DNA from: Mytilus californianus
Taxonomy: Eukaryota
DNA: 64,000 bases
NCBI RefSeq assembly: GCF_021869535.1
Contig: NW_026262615.1
Span: forward strand, 35,216,001 to 35,280,000
Reading direction: 5' to 3'
This document shows positions 1 to 12,331 of the stretch, piece after piece. Within the stretch, counting starts at the first letter, position 1; each line of letters begins with the position of its first letter. The translations under genes were made by a program, and so were the position numbers. The notes beneath the pieces were generated by a model that was given only the letters and a program-made list of their open reading frames with translations, was not told where the DNA came from and did no database searches.

Positions 1-179
1 GAACACGGTTATTTCTGATATAATGATGATGGGTCCCTATAATGTGACATGCACACCTCTAACTAATATTAAAAGCTTGGGGAGTATGTTAAGACTTGAT
101 TACCGACAAGCATTGCCAACTACAAACCGATTATCTAAGATATATGTCGTATGGTCTGAAGTGTCAATGGAGGACAATG
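1..179 (+). pseudogene. MIase-like gene copy 1, exon 3 (5'-truncated by window edge)
   Basis: Frame from nt 2 reads NTVISDIMMMGPYNVTCTPLTNIK...VVWSEVSMEDN-G and ends at G|GTAAAG (donor 180-181). Paralogous to exons at 28543 and 43318 with the same phase-1 donor. This exon is open; the gene lesion is in the next exon. Confidence 0.85.
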
Positions 180-2057
180 GTAAAGTGAAATTCTTATAAA
201 CATCGATTCATAACTTTGCGTTTTAAAAAAATCGATAAATATATATTTTTGTCTTAAGTAGCTGTGAGTACTCCATATCCGATACCCTGTGTCGTAAGGT
301 TTATTTTAGCCTTTTTTGTGCTGTTTTATTTCTGTGGTTTGCATCGATCAGATGATTTAAACCCTTTTTAACTGATTTTTAAAGTTTGATCTTGCAGCTG
401 AACAAACCTGTTATAGTGTAGGAGAAAGTATGGCGATAATATAATAAACACCGCTGCATTCTCTATATCCCAATCTGAAGCCAGGCACTTGCATGTTAGT
501 TGTTGTCGTGAACTGTTAAAAGTCTTTCGCTTACTATTGAAGGTCGAACAACTTCTTTGGTTGTTTACATATTTGCCTTTTTTGTCTTCTTGACTAGTTT
601 TTACATTGACAATGGTCATAAAACAAGACAAATACATTATTTCATAAGTTTTTATTCAATGATGTAAAAAAAAAGTTGAACGCTACCTTTTTCCACCAAC
701 TTCAGGTTCCGTTACAAATATGATCTTTTGTCAATGTGGTATTCTAAGATGATTGGATTATATCACAGAACCTGAAATAAAGAATACGGAAATACTGTTA
801 AAAATGAGGAAATGTGGAATAAAAATACCCTTGATGTCAAGGGTGTGTATAACTGTTAGTTTTCTCCATTGATTTAAATATTTATATAGGAAATAAGAAT
901 TGATAATTACTACCTTTCCGCCACATTTTTGACGTGAGCGCATGAAAAGTTTTGGAATTCAACAATTCATGCAATTTCAAAGATATACATGTGCATGTAA
1001 AATCATGTCGTTTACATTTTCTGACTGGGTTTAGCCTTGATCTAGGCAAAGACAGCACAGCTAGGCAAAGTGCGAATATTAATCGATTACATTCGTCAGT
1101 AATCGTACCTATCCCTGGTGTCAGTAGAAAGTGTTGACCCCTGAAGCAGTATTACATCATGTACATGAATCCCTTTGAAAAAAACTATTTTTACTTCGTA
1201 TTCCGACTAACCACTTCTGTGAACATGGATAAGCTTCGGAACGAACCATCATACATTTGTAACTTCTACTATATAAGCAAAGACATGGAAGAAAATGCTA
1301 CTGCTAGGGGATTGGTTGAGCGCTCACATACATGTTTTACCCCGTCACATTATTGATGGTCAGTGCTTGGCGTTTGTTCATGTTTATTTTTATTTTTCGT
1401 AAACTGTTTTGTTTTAAATTAAGTCGTTTATTTTTTTGGTTTAATTGCTCCATGTGTTTCAGTTTTGGCCTTTTAACGTGTACTATACGGTATTGGTTGT
1501 TATCATCGAAAAAGACCGTACTGTTGCCTCAGATAACTTTCATCTATGTTATTTAAACTTTGATGGATAGCTGTGTCATATATACAAAATTCCATTTGTT
1601 ATACCATTATTGCCTTACTGAAATTGATTGCATCTTGACCCTGAAATGTTGTAATATCTATGAAATAGACAATTACGGATTAGTTTCTGATGTCATAGCA
1701 GCAATTCTACTGCATGTGTCTCTTTTATGACATTTCGGAATCAGACTTAACCTCAGAATTTTACTTCCTATTTGCCGCCGTCAGAGCAATTTATATTTAA
1801 ACAGTTTCCCTTTGTGTACTTCGGGGTTTTTGTGGAATTGCCTTGATCATATTTATTTAGCATCATTTTCTGTGTAATGGTTTAGGGTCTTTGGTAGTCT
1901 GTTTGTGTTCTTTCATTTCCTTTTTGTCATAAGATTTTTTTTTTCTTTGATTTTTTGTTGTCCCTTAGACCTCCTACCATTATCTTTTTTAAGATTGTAC
2001 TTTGCATATCATTGAGTCATTGAATGATACAAACGTCATGTCTTATTGTTGTGACAG

Positions 2058-2160
2058 GTATTTCACCAGAATTGTGTGATGTTAAGATGTTATTTCAATC
2101 TTCCAAAAACGCCACAAAATGCTCGAGTTAAAGATTTTCAAAGTACTTGGGGAAAGACGA
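2058..2160 (+). pseudogene. MIase-like gene copy 1, exon 4 (frameshifted)
   Basis: GACAG| acceptor and |GTATAT donor. The 3' part reads KMLELKIFKVLGERR like copies 2 and 3, but the exon is 103 nt versus 116 nt in copy 3, so frame is lost. Confidence 0.8.
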
Positions 2161-3898
2161 GTATATTTATCTTTATAATTTTGTGTTATAAGCAACTATT
2201 GCAATTAAAAAACATCACCACCATTATGCAAAATACTTCTACATTTATTAACAAACAATTTCATTGCTCGACCACAACATCTAGTAATAGTGTTGCAATG
2301 AGCCTCACCACGTATTTATTTACTAAAATAACTGTAACAAAAAGTCTTTACTCCAACATGTCCAAGGCATTTCTTAAAAGGGAAAGTCCATAAAATCTGG
2401 CGGTAAATGGTATACCCGTCAGCTTTTTAAACTAAAAAAATGGAAAAAAGACACCGCCAAGTTTTGCAAAGGTAGCTGCAAGTGGAGTAAGAAACAGAGA
2501 AACAAACCAACCAACACGATTGTTGTACCATAATATCACCTCAGCTTAAACCATCATCACTTATATAAGAGCTTCTACTGATTATGTTACTTCCATTACC
2601 ACATGCACTCTATCGCAATTGCATTGTTGTTTATATTACCACTGCTTCTTTAACATATATAATTAGTAGAATAATACGTATACTACCCCAACAACACCGA
2701 TACATGTATCTACTCTGACTTGAACATAGAGGGACGTTTTTCAAATGCCGAAATAAACTGAATGAAATAACTTGTAAAGCTTAAATTATAAATTCTATAA
2801 CTGTTTTGTATATTTTTTATTCGGAATCGGAACAAGAAATATCAAGAGCGCTCATTAGTTTGTGAATATTTTAAGTGATCAATATGTGATTTTCTGTATG
2901 AATAAAGTATCATATTATCAATAATTTTACGTTATGTTTCATGCTAAAATATGTTTTACGCGTTCCTGTTTCTGTGTAAATTTCTACTATAGACAATGAT
3001 AAAATATTGTGCCCATTCTATACTAAAGGATTACGTCAAACACATTTACCATTATATTTTTTTATATGAAGACGATAACACATCTTGAGGGTCCATACAG
3101 GGTTATAGGCTATATAATAATGGGAAACAATAAATAAAAAATGGATAAAATAGCCCAAAAAATAAAGAAGGTGAAAAGGAAGATCCCTATCCAGCTCCTT
3201 ACTTAATAAGTCATACTTTAACTAATTTGGAAGTTCTCCCACTGAATGCCTTAAACATTATGATATTCTGTTCCTTATTTGACAATCAAACTGGGTAGTA
3301 GACTTAATAGTTCATGTTATTTGTTTAAATGCAACAAAAGATAAAAAGGTTCGATTTGCCAGTTCTATGTTTTCCCCAATATTTTCGGAATACGCACAAT
3401 ATTAAAATATAGCATTCTTCAGAAATTTGAGAAACTGAACAGCAAATGGGTTGTCATTAATGTATCAATATATAGAAAATGTGTTAATATATTTAATTCG
3501 TGTCTACGCAAGGTAAACATTTTGTGCTTTAACAGTCTATAGCATTTTTCAGTTTTTTTTAAGCAGTTTTCTTTTCAATTTATAAATACAAGACGTGAGT
3601 TAGCAATTACAAATAATGACAGATCTGCCTTATTTAGCACATAAAATGTCCATTTGATCAGTATAAACCAGGATCGTCTACATCAAAAAGTCTTGTTAGG
3701 CACTATAGTTTGAAAAAGCTCTCTCTTCTTTTATCTACCAAGTATACTGGGAAGATCCTAGGTCTTATAAATGAATGGTTTTTTTTTCATTATCTAAAAT
3801 GTAAATTGGAAAATATATTTGTTATACTGAGTATTTCATATTAGTATGTTCTTGTTCGTTCGTCTAATCAAATATAATAAATGTATGCAATCGTTGTA

Positions 3899-4120
3899 AT
3901 AGAGGGGCGAAAGATACCAGAGGGACAGCCAAATTCATAGATCGAAAATAAACTGACAATGCCATGGCTAAAAAAGAAAAAGACAAACAAACAAATAATA
4001 GTACACAAGACAAAAAATAGAAAACTAAAGACTAAGCAACAGGAACCCCACCAAAAACTGGGGGTGATCTCAGGTGCACCGGAAGGGTAAGCAGATTCTG
4101 ATCCACATGTGGCAACCGTT
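3899..4120 (-). mobile_element. Penelope-like element 3'-end fragment (family B)
   Basis: AGAGGGGCGAAAGATACCAGAGGGACAG... recurs many times in the window and is physically joined to RT sequence at 36985-37850. Confidence 0.65.
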
Positions 4121-4976
4121 GTTGATTTGTCCCCTTCTATGAAAGGTTACCTACCTGTTCTCCTAGGCCTTGGTGTTAGCGTCAGTATATATTAGTTTTT
4201 GATAATGTCTGCTACTACATTACTACTCCTATAACTTATACTCCTACTGTTAATGCTATAATGGAGAAACAACAAAGCTGTCAGTCGAAAAAAAAGACAC
4301 ACAAATACCTTTCAAAAAACCTTTTTACATACATTTTATGGATCTTTTGTTTAATGATAAATTCATTAAAAAAAAACAGTGATGAAGTTATCTGCATATT
4401 AGTAAGTTAAAAGAATTCTAATAATTTAGATCGAGACCAGACTTGTCGACAAAATATCGTCTTCTAGTATACATGCGTTACACGCAATGTGAATATAAAT
4501 TGAGTCAGTATGTCATAATCTTTTGTAAGACATAAACGGTAGAGTTATAGGTGAGACGACAACGTTGATCCAAAACTCCGAAAACGTGTCGCTAGTGATT
4601 AGACACAAAATCAAGTCATATATATAAATGAACATGTGAAATATTTGAGAGGTTGAATATCATGTCTATAAGACGTCCTAAAGTATCGATCTCAAAGTAT
4701 CAAGTTTGATCGCCAGTAGTAAACTATAGGATATTTGCAGGATTTGTTTTTAGTTTTGTTTTAGGAATTGGGGAGGGGGTTGATGGTTCCTGTTGAAGGT
4801 GAGTTCAGAAAATATATACCAAACTTATAAAGCGGCTTCATTATAGCTACGCTTTTATTTGGGTCATTTGAGACCATTAATATTATTTCATTTCGACAGG
4901 ATCAAACACATTTAAACTGTGCTTGAAACTTTAACTTTATCATGTTCATTATTAACCTGTATTGTTTTTCTTTCAG

Positions 4977-5078
4977 TTATATGTTTTCACCTGTGTACAA
5001 ACATATGAAGACTTGGAATGCAATATGTTGCAGCTTCCATTTGGAGACAAGTCTAAGCTTCTTACACATATATTATAA
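4977..5078 (+). pseudogene. MIase-like gene copy 1, last exon
   Basis: TTTCAG| then LYVFTCVQTYEDLECNMLQLPFGDKSKLLTHIL*; homologous to the copy 3 last exon (LYGFSC...KLPLGD). Confidence 0.8.
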
Positions 5079-6468
5079 TACAGGAAGACTAGAAAGTCGG
5101 TTTATCATTTAACTATGCTGAAATCTAACGTATTCATAAATTGATAATTCCATATTAAGTTTGAGGTTAGTTTTGTATTTTGGTTTCAAAAATTCATAAT
5201 ATTTGTAAAAATGAAAACAATACCACATGGGGTATTCACTCATGCCACAACATCAGTACATACACAGCAAAATCAAAAGCCAAAGAACAGCGAATGTATA
5301 TATTGCAAACAACATTAGTTGCAAATACAATCCCTTAATCATGTTAATCCACAGGAAATTAATTTACACATTTTCTTACAAAATACATTGTATCAATGAG
5401 TATGTTATATATGATGGAACTTGTTCATGAAATTTACAGTTTGTTTTATTATATTCGCAGTCAGTTAATGTGTTTTTGACCCTGGAAGGTTACAACATGA
5501 ACTTTTATACATACAAAACGTTTTTTCCCGAGAAAAATTTTGAACGTACGTCATCTTAGACGGAATTTGTAGTTTGAATGATATTGTTTTTTATGCCTTT
5601 AAACTGCTCATCATATATTTGAATAATTAATCCGTTAGGAACTGGAAATTACATGCTGGAGTGGAAATTCTTAACTTTGCTATTTGTCTAACAGATTACG
5701 CCATTCCACAGGGATCATAGTTCTTATTTGTCCCTTTCTGACCAACACGAAGATGCCATTGCTCGTTGGCAACCTGAGTATTCATATATAACAAAGCTTC
5801 CTTCTTAACTGTAAACTTATTGCTACTAAGCGTCTTCAACAAAACTAGAGCAAGTAGCGGGTTTTCAAATGAATGTTCGACAGTCAGAAAACAATTCGTC
5901 TGATACTGCACGTTTAGATAAATATTCTGGAAACTAGACAAAAAAGTGGAGTCACGGGAAAAGGTCAAAGAGCTACACGGAGAATGTAGCAAGTTTATTA
6001 AGGAGCTAGAGGCCCTTTTGGTCAGATAGAGAATCGCAGTAATATGTAGTATTAAAAGTCCTCCGCAACTGTTTTAACTATGGACAGACCTAAATGACAC
6101 GAAACATATAACTACATACATGTGCTATGCGAACCTGGTTATGATAATACTAAACAAGAATAGCCTCGCCCTGACAAAATTCGAGAAAGTAAAGAACAAA
6201 AAGATAGAAAACATCGGACATGGAAGTTCCAACGTCTTGAACCTGTATAGCGTAGTACAGAGGAAGTGTTCTATAACAGATGCTGCTAAATAAAAATTGC
6301 CTTTGACGAAAAATATTACCAGATTCTTACAAAAAGATTAGCTGTCATATTCATGATCACGGTTTGGTGTAGATTAGAATTCTCAATGTTTTTTTTTTTA
6401 TATTTTGTTTATATTTTTTCATACTTTATTGAAAAATTTAACAATTGTTAGTTAAATACAGTACATTA

Positions 6469-6567
6469 TGATCTAATTCATAACTTCAATCGAACATAAA
6501 TTATTTACAAAATAAACTCAACACTTTTGTATGGGATCAGCTCGCCTGACAGTGTGCAGCAAAGCTT
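6469..6567 (-). repeat. Split direct repeat B2
   Basis: CATAACTTCAA.CGAACATAAATTATTTAC...GTATGGGATCAGCTCGCCTGACAGTGTGCAGCAAAGCTT matches 7041-7130. Confidence 0.9.
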
Positions 6568-6807
6568 TATTTTTATTAAAGACAAATGCAATGTAATAAA
6601 TGTTCATCTGTTACTGTCTGCCTAGGCTGCTGCAGGTAACAAACACAAAAACCAATCTACAAAAATAAAAACAATTTTCATTATGTACGCAAATACATAT
6701 TATGAATTAAATAAAAATTCTGTTCTTACACACATTCTTATTCACATTAATCATGTTAATCAAAAATAACACAAGAAAAATACATTAAGTCGGGTGGGAG
6801 GGTGGGA

Positions 6808-7040
6808 AACTTTACTGCACCAAAAGCGAACCTCGAATGACAATATCTTTAATTTACAAAACGCCAAAGGTATAGCACGAACTATTTGAATTGACCTTAT
6901 TCAAATAGTATGGTCAGTTCTAATCTCGACCAATGAAAAACATTTAACCTATTATATACTTTCAACACGTGTAAATTTATAAACAAATACACGTGGTAAT
7001 TTTTACATACCGGTGTACATAACTTTAATAAATATATTTA
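6808..7040 (-). repeat. Split direct repeat A2
   Basis: ~230 bp matching 12332-12560 (about a dozen differences by eye). Confidence 0.92.
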
Positions 7041-7130
7041 TGTTCTAACTCATAACTTCAAGCGAACATAAATTATTTACTCAACACCATTGTATGGGAT
7101 CAGCTCGCCTGACAGTGTGCAGCAAAGCTT
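7041..7130 (-). repeat. Split direct repeat B1 (abuts A2)
   Basis: Matches 6469-6567; the B1/A2 junction is at 7040/7041. Confidence 0.9.
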
Positions 7131-7163
7131 CGAAAAAGAAAGAAAGGGTAAAAAAGTACATAA

Positions 7164-7714
7164 TTAAATTCCAATATTATTTGTTACAGAAAGTCGATCC
7201 TTCAAAGACTCTTTAACATAACCGTCTTTTGCTGTGAAAACTTTTCCATCGACCATGCTTTTTGAACAATATCTCCTCTACATCAGCCGCTGCAGCAGCC
7301 GATGCCCCTCCTGAACGGAGACTATGCAGTCCAAATTTTTTACTATCTAAGCCTATACTCTGTAAGCTTGAAAGTAGTATTTCCCGAGCTCTCGTGTATG
7401 ACAACGGACCTGTACTTCTAAGTTTATAAGAATTAAGAGACTTACAAAAATTAACAGATCTAAAAATAAATTCATCAAAATTTGATGTAATACTAGCTAA
7501 TTTGAGATATCGTTCTATCATAGAGACAGGACAAGTTACAAGGTTAGTTCTAGAAACAACCACATCCCTCCCTTCTCTGTAAAAATCAGTTTTACTCTTC
7601 GTCAAATATAAATTTGCGTGTGTAGAATAAATCGTTAAATCGATACCTCTCAAATTAACTAGTTCTGAAAACCTTAAAAGTAAGTCTTTAAGATTACTAT
7701 TAAGATGACTATGA
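7164..7714 (-). pseudogene. Tyrosine recombinase, catalytic C-terminal half
   Basis: LLRFSEL (Arg), KSKTD, GLHSLRSGGA (HxxR), HGRWKS and, after a frameshift, AKDGYVKE (Tyr): the R-HxxR-H/W-Y set of tyrosine recombinases. Confidence 0.9.
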
Positions 7715-8740
7715 TAAAATTGAGAATGGAAATGGGGAATGTGTCAAAGAGACAACAACCCGACCATAGAACAGACAACAGCAGAAGGTCACCAACAGGT
7801 CTTCAATGCAGCGAGAAATTCCCGCATCCGGAGGCGTCCTTCAGCTGGCCCATAAACAAATATATATACTAGTTCAGTGATAATGAACGCCATACTAAAC
7901 TCCAAATTGTACACAAGAAACTAAAATTAAAAATAATACAAGACTGACAAAGGCTAGAGGCTCCTGACTTGGGACAGGCGCAAAAATGCGGCGGGGTTAA
8001 ACATGTTTATCAATGTTTATGAGATCTCAACCCTCCCCCTATACCTCTAGCCAATGTAGAAAAGTAAACGCATAACAATACGCACATTAAAATTCAGTTC
8101 AAGAGAAGTCCGAGTCTGATGTCAGAAGATGTAACCAAAGAAAATAAACAAAATGACAATAATACATAAATAACAACATACTACTAGCAGTTAACTGACA
8201 TGCCAGCTCCAGACATCAATTAAACTGATTGAAAGATTATGTCTTCATCATATGAATATCAGGCACAATCCTTCCCGTTAGGGGTTTAGTATCATACCAT
8301 CATAACATATATGAGAAGAACATAACCCGTGTCATGCCAACAACTGGTTTTTAAATAAATGTGTTTAGTGCCGATGCAAAGACCCTATAAGTGAATCAAT
8401 ATTAACGCCAAAATATGCAATCTTTAATGACCTGACAACAGTATCGTAACTATATCCCTTCTTAATAAGTCTATTTAAAGGTTTTGTTAGCTTCAGAGGT
8501 GAATACTGACATTTTTGTGCTTTATAAAGAATATTTCCATAAAAAATTGGATGTGAAATACCTGAACGTATAAGAAGTCTGCATGTTGAGCTATATTTAC
8601 GAATGATGTCCTTATACCGATGATAAAATTTAGTAAATGTTTTGACTAGTTTGTGATATCGAAAACCCTGGTGTAAGAATTTTTCAGTAATACATAAATT
8701 TCTCTCGTTAAAATCTAAAACACTGTTACATACACGAGCG
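7715..8740 (-). mobile_element. 5'-truncated Penelope-like retroelement (family A) inserted in YR, TATGA target-site duplication
   Basis: TATGA at 7710-7714 and 8741-8745. Stop-free 125-codon frame 8739-8365 (ARVCNSVLDFNERNLCITEKFLHQGFRYHKLVKTFTKFYHRY...), typical of the PLE RT C-terminus, followed by ~650 bp of 3' non-coding sequence. Confidence 0.82.
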
Positions 8741-9165
8741 TATGAACAATTTTTCGCAAAATGTCTGGTGTAATAGGATCGTTCTTAGTGATAAAATGTC
8801 CCAATTTTCTCTGTGCTCCTTCATAAACAAACGTTACTAATTCAGATGTACAAAGATTATTAAATCCAGCAAGTTTATGTGCCCAGCTAATGGCGTATAT
8901 TACTTCATTTATCTTGCTAGCCGATTTTGCATTGTGTGAAATGTGAATCAAATATAGAGAAACTGTATACTCAGATGAAGGTAATGGAGTAATATTATGT
9001 ATTTTAGTCCACTTACAGAAAGCATTAAAGGCATACTGGTACTTTTTACAAGTGTTCAGAGAACGTGAGCTCAAGCAGTACTCTGGTAATCTAGCTTTCA
9101 ATGTAGAAAGTTCATCCGAATTATCTGAATTCTGTTTCCATCTACCAAGTCGAAAAATATCTGAA
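8741..9165 (-). pseudogene. Tyrosine recombinase, N-terminal (core-binding) half
   Basis: DIFRLGRW...LPEYCLSSRSLNTCKKYQYAFNAFCKW...VSLYL...AISWAHKLAG...KNDPITPDILRKIV. Joins the C-terminal half in frame when the insertion is removed. Confidence 0.88.
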
Positions 9166-9378
9166 AAATGTGCAATGTTGAAACAAACATTATAAAATGT
9201 CAAAATATTAAAACTTCTACAAGTGAACCATGCCACTGTCAAAATAACAGGACCGTGTCCAATACTTATTTTGACCATGACAGCTACAATGCTATATACA
9301 TTAGTGCCGTGTTGAATAAAATAATGCTTTCTACAATGTATATACACACTAGGGCCTTAGCAATAACAACCGTGCCTG

Positions 9379-9507
9379 CTACAATACACATTCGTGTACT
9401 AGGGCCTCGTCACTTTAACCTCGCCAGCTACAATACACATTCGTGTAATAGGGCCTCGTCACTTTAACCTCGCCAGCTACAATACACATTAGTGCACTAG
9501 GGCCTTG
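9379..9507. repeat. 49-bp tandem repeat (~2.6 units) inside the Ngaro element
   Basis: CTACAATACACATTCGTGTACTAGGGCCTCGTCACTTTAACCTCGCCAG starts at 9379, 9428 and 9477. Confidence 0.95.
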
Positions 9508-11400
9508 TTATCCTTGTCGCATCTGATTTTACTGCCAATACTGGAGCAATAAAAGGCGCAGTGCCAAAAATGGATTTTCTATTAGAACCACTGACAAAAA
9601 TACCACTTGTATTTTTAAATTCAATAACATCAGATATGTAATCTCTGTCATTTTTATTTTTATCAAAAATGAATGACCAATAGGTCGCAGATATCCATTT
9701 TGGTACAATTAAAGTACCTCTAGCTTTATAAGCAGTTACATGTTTTATAGCTCTCAACACTAAGTAAATAGGTGGTACAATCCAATTGTTTTCACCAGAC
9801 CAATTCTGAGTAAAACAGTCTACAGCTTCTGTATTTACATTCCAGAATAAAGAGTTAAATCTTTCTTATTTTGTGTTACGAGAACTAGCAAAACGATCGA
9901 CTGTATAAGGAACCCAAAGGTCGTTAATACAAGTATAGAAAATTTCTGAAAAACCCCAGTCTTTATAATCAGTGACTTTACTGATATAATCAGCTTTCGA
10001 ATTTTCGCCTCTCGGAATCCATTGTATGTTTATGGAGATTCCTTTTGTAAACAAATAGAAAAATATGGAAATTGCTATATCTTGCAGTTTTTCTTTCATG
10101 CTTCCTGCTTGAACAATTCTGACACAATTTTGGTTATCAGTTAGCCATTTTAAGAATTTTCTAGCAAATGCATGTTGATAAGACATCAACGCAAATTCTA
10201 TGGCCTCAGTTCCCTCCACGTGGAACTCTCTAACATTTCAGTGGATTTCCACATTATGTGATAAATTTTACTTTCCAACTCTACTACTCATAGCTCTGCT
10301 GCTAGCATCAGAATATATCATTACATGCGACTGACTATATTGATTTAATGTTTTAAAATTGACATATGCAATGTTATCAAGCCAGAACTTTAATTCTGAT
10401 ATTACAAAACTTTTACTTTCTAAAACTAAATAACTATCCCATGACATTTTACTTTCAATAGACATATAGCAATATCTAGTCATTATTCTAGTAATATTTC
10501 CGATCACAGGAGACATACTTATAATTCTACCCGTTACCTGGGCTTAATGTCTGGCAGAAATATATGGAATTTCTTTGAAAACATTATGAATAAATTGTTA
10601 TAATTCGTCAATTCTTCTTTAAGGAATGCATAAAGTGAAATTACATGAATCCCAAATAATTTGCAACCACTCCAACTTCTGTACTGGAGTAAAAACTGAT
10701 TTTTCTTCGTTTAGAAGAAAACCCGCATTCAAAAGTGATTGTTTCACGAATTCAGCATCTTTTATACATTCATTATTGTCGTTATTCATACCAAATCCAT
10801 GGTCAAGATATAAAACTATTTTTATACCATTATTTCTCCAATACTTGACCAATGGTCTGAGACACTTTGTAAATATGTAAGGACCCATGGAAAGACCAAA
10901 TGCTAAAACAGTGAAACAATAAAATTCATCTTCCCACGAAAAACCCAGATACGTGTGCTGCTGTGGACATATATCCAAATGAAAATATCCAGATTTCAAA
11001 TCAAATTTATACAGATAATCATTTTTCTGAAAGTATTGCACAGCTATTTTCCAATCTTCAAATTTAATCTTTTCCGTTTTCACCGATAAATTCAAAGTGC
11101 TCAAATCTAAAATTAGACGCCTTTTCCCAGAATTTTAGGTAGCTACACTGAGCAGATTGACGATGTAAGGTTGAAATGGGACCTCAATAACGCAACCTGA
11201 AAGAACAAGTTCATTTACAGATTTGCTTACAAATTCATAATTCTTAAGAGCAGATTTGATATTTTTCATGTACATGCTCGAAGGACTATCAATAAATGGA
11301 ATAAGATAACCATTTTTCAATGTGTCTAAAATAAAAGAATTAGCACCAATATGCTCCCAGTACTGAATACCTTTTGCTAACCTTCCCTTTACACCAGAGA
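9497..11400 (-). pseudogene. Pol: reverse transcriptase, RNase H and DIRS-type methyltransferase-like domain (fragmented)
   Basis: RLILDLS, FDLKSGYFHL, LAFGLSMGPYIFTK and YLDH (for YLDD) in RT; IYSDAS, WLTDNQ and QWIPRGENSKADYISK in RNase H; VDRFASSRN, VPP and GTLIVPKW in the MT-like domain. Split over several frames. Confidence 0.92.
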
Positions 11401-11589
11401 AAATACCCGTGTTAGATTTGAAATTTTCAAAAAATCTTACTTGTCTTAGCAAAATCTCAATATCATGATTTAAACAATAATCACTATCAAAATCAGAAAA
11501 TAAATATAAATACTTATCATTAACTAACTGTTCGTTGTTAATTGTTCTGTTGTGTATTGCTGAAGTTGAACTGGTTGAGTTTGAAAAGT

Positions 11590-12323
11590 GGACAGTTCTT
11601 CCTCCAGTGACCAAATTGGTTTACAGGCATGGCACATGTCGAGCTGGGACGGCTCACGCCGCCCGCTACCAACTCAAAAGGGCGGCGGGTTCTGACGCTG
11701 ATACTGATTGTCATAATAAGGATTAGAACAGTTTTAACAGGAGCTAGTCTAGAAGTTGTCTTGTAAGGATGTGGGCGACGGGATTTATCTTTAGTCGAAC
11801 GCATGGCTCTAGACTCCGCCTGGCGGATTTTCTTTTCATCTTTAGAGTCTGAAGCGATAACATTTGCTTCATATTTACTGACAGTAGCCCAACCACCGGC
11901 TGAAGTATCTGATATGCGTATCAATTTGTTTCTGCCCTTAACCTTGTCTATGAGGTCTATTATGATACGTGAAACCTTGGTCTCGGAACGGGGAACAAAG
12001 CTATAAACCTTGTTTAACTCGGTAATAGTTTCCTCGTTAAATTTGTACTGCATTTTTCTGCCCTCGTGCTTGAATTTTAGGGAAACCTCTTCTTTTAACT
12101 TTTTGGAAATTACGTCCTGTTCACGGACCAAATCTGATTTAAGATCTACTAGCTTTTTGTCAAAATACACTGTAAAAAGTTCAAAAGTATCGGCTAAATC
12201 ACGGCGCTCTTCTACTATGTGTTTGCTAGTTTGTGATTTACCAGTTGAAATGTGTGAATATTCAGTCTCACCTTCAGACATTGGACTTCCTTCTCTTATC
12301 TCTGACATACTCAGGTTAAGCAC
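11590..12323 (-). pseudogene. Gag-like ORF1 with CCHC zinc knuckle
   Basis: RNKLIRISDTSAGGWATVSKYE...SDSKDEKKIRQAESRA. CHAC-x-QFGHWRKNC knuckle at 11592-11634, disrupted by a 1-nt frameshift. Confidence 0.85.
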
Positions 12324-12331
12324 AAGCTTAC

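Noticed and set aside
952-1356. ORFs 952-1137 and 1159-1356 as extra exons of copy 1
   Set aside because: No counterpart in copies 2 or 3, whose exons 3 and 4 join directly in phase.
7164-9165. Phage integrase / prophage interpretation of the tyrosine recombinase
   Set aside because: It is linked to gag, RT and RNase H within split direct repeats in intron-rich animal DNA, so it is a retrotransposon YR.
9379-9507. CRISPR-like array
   Set aside because: The units are contiguous tandem copies with no unique spacers and no cas genes.
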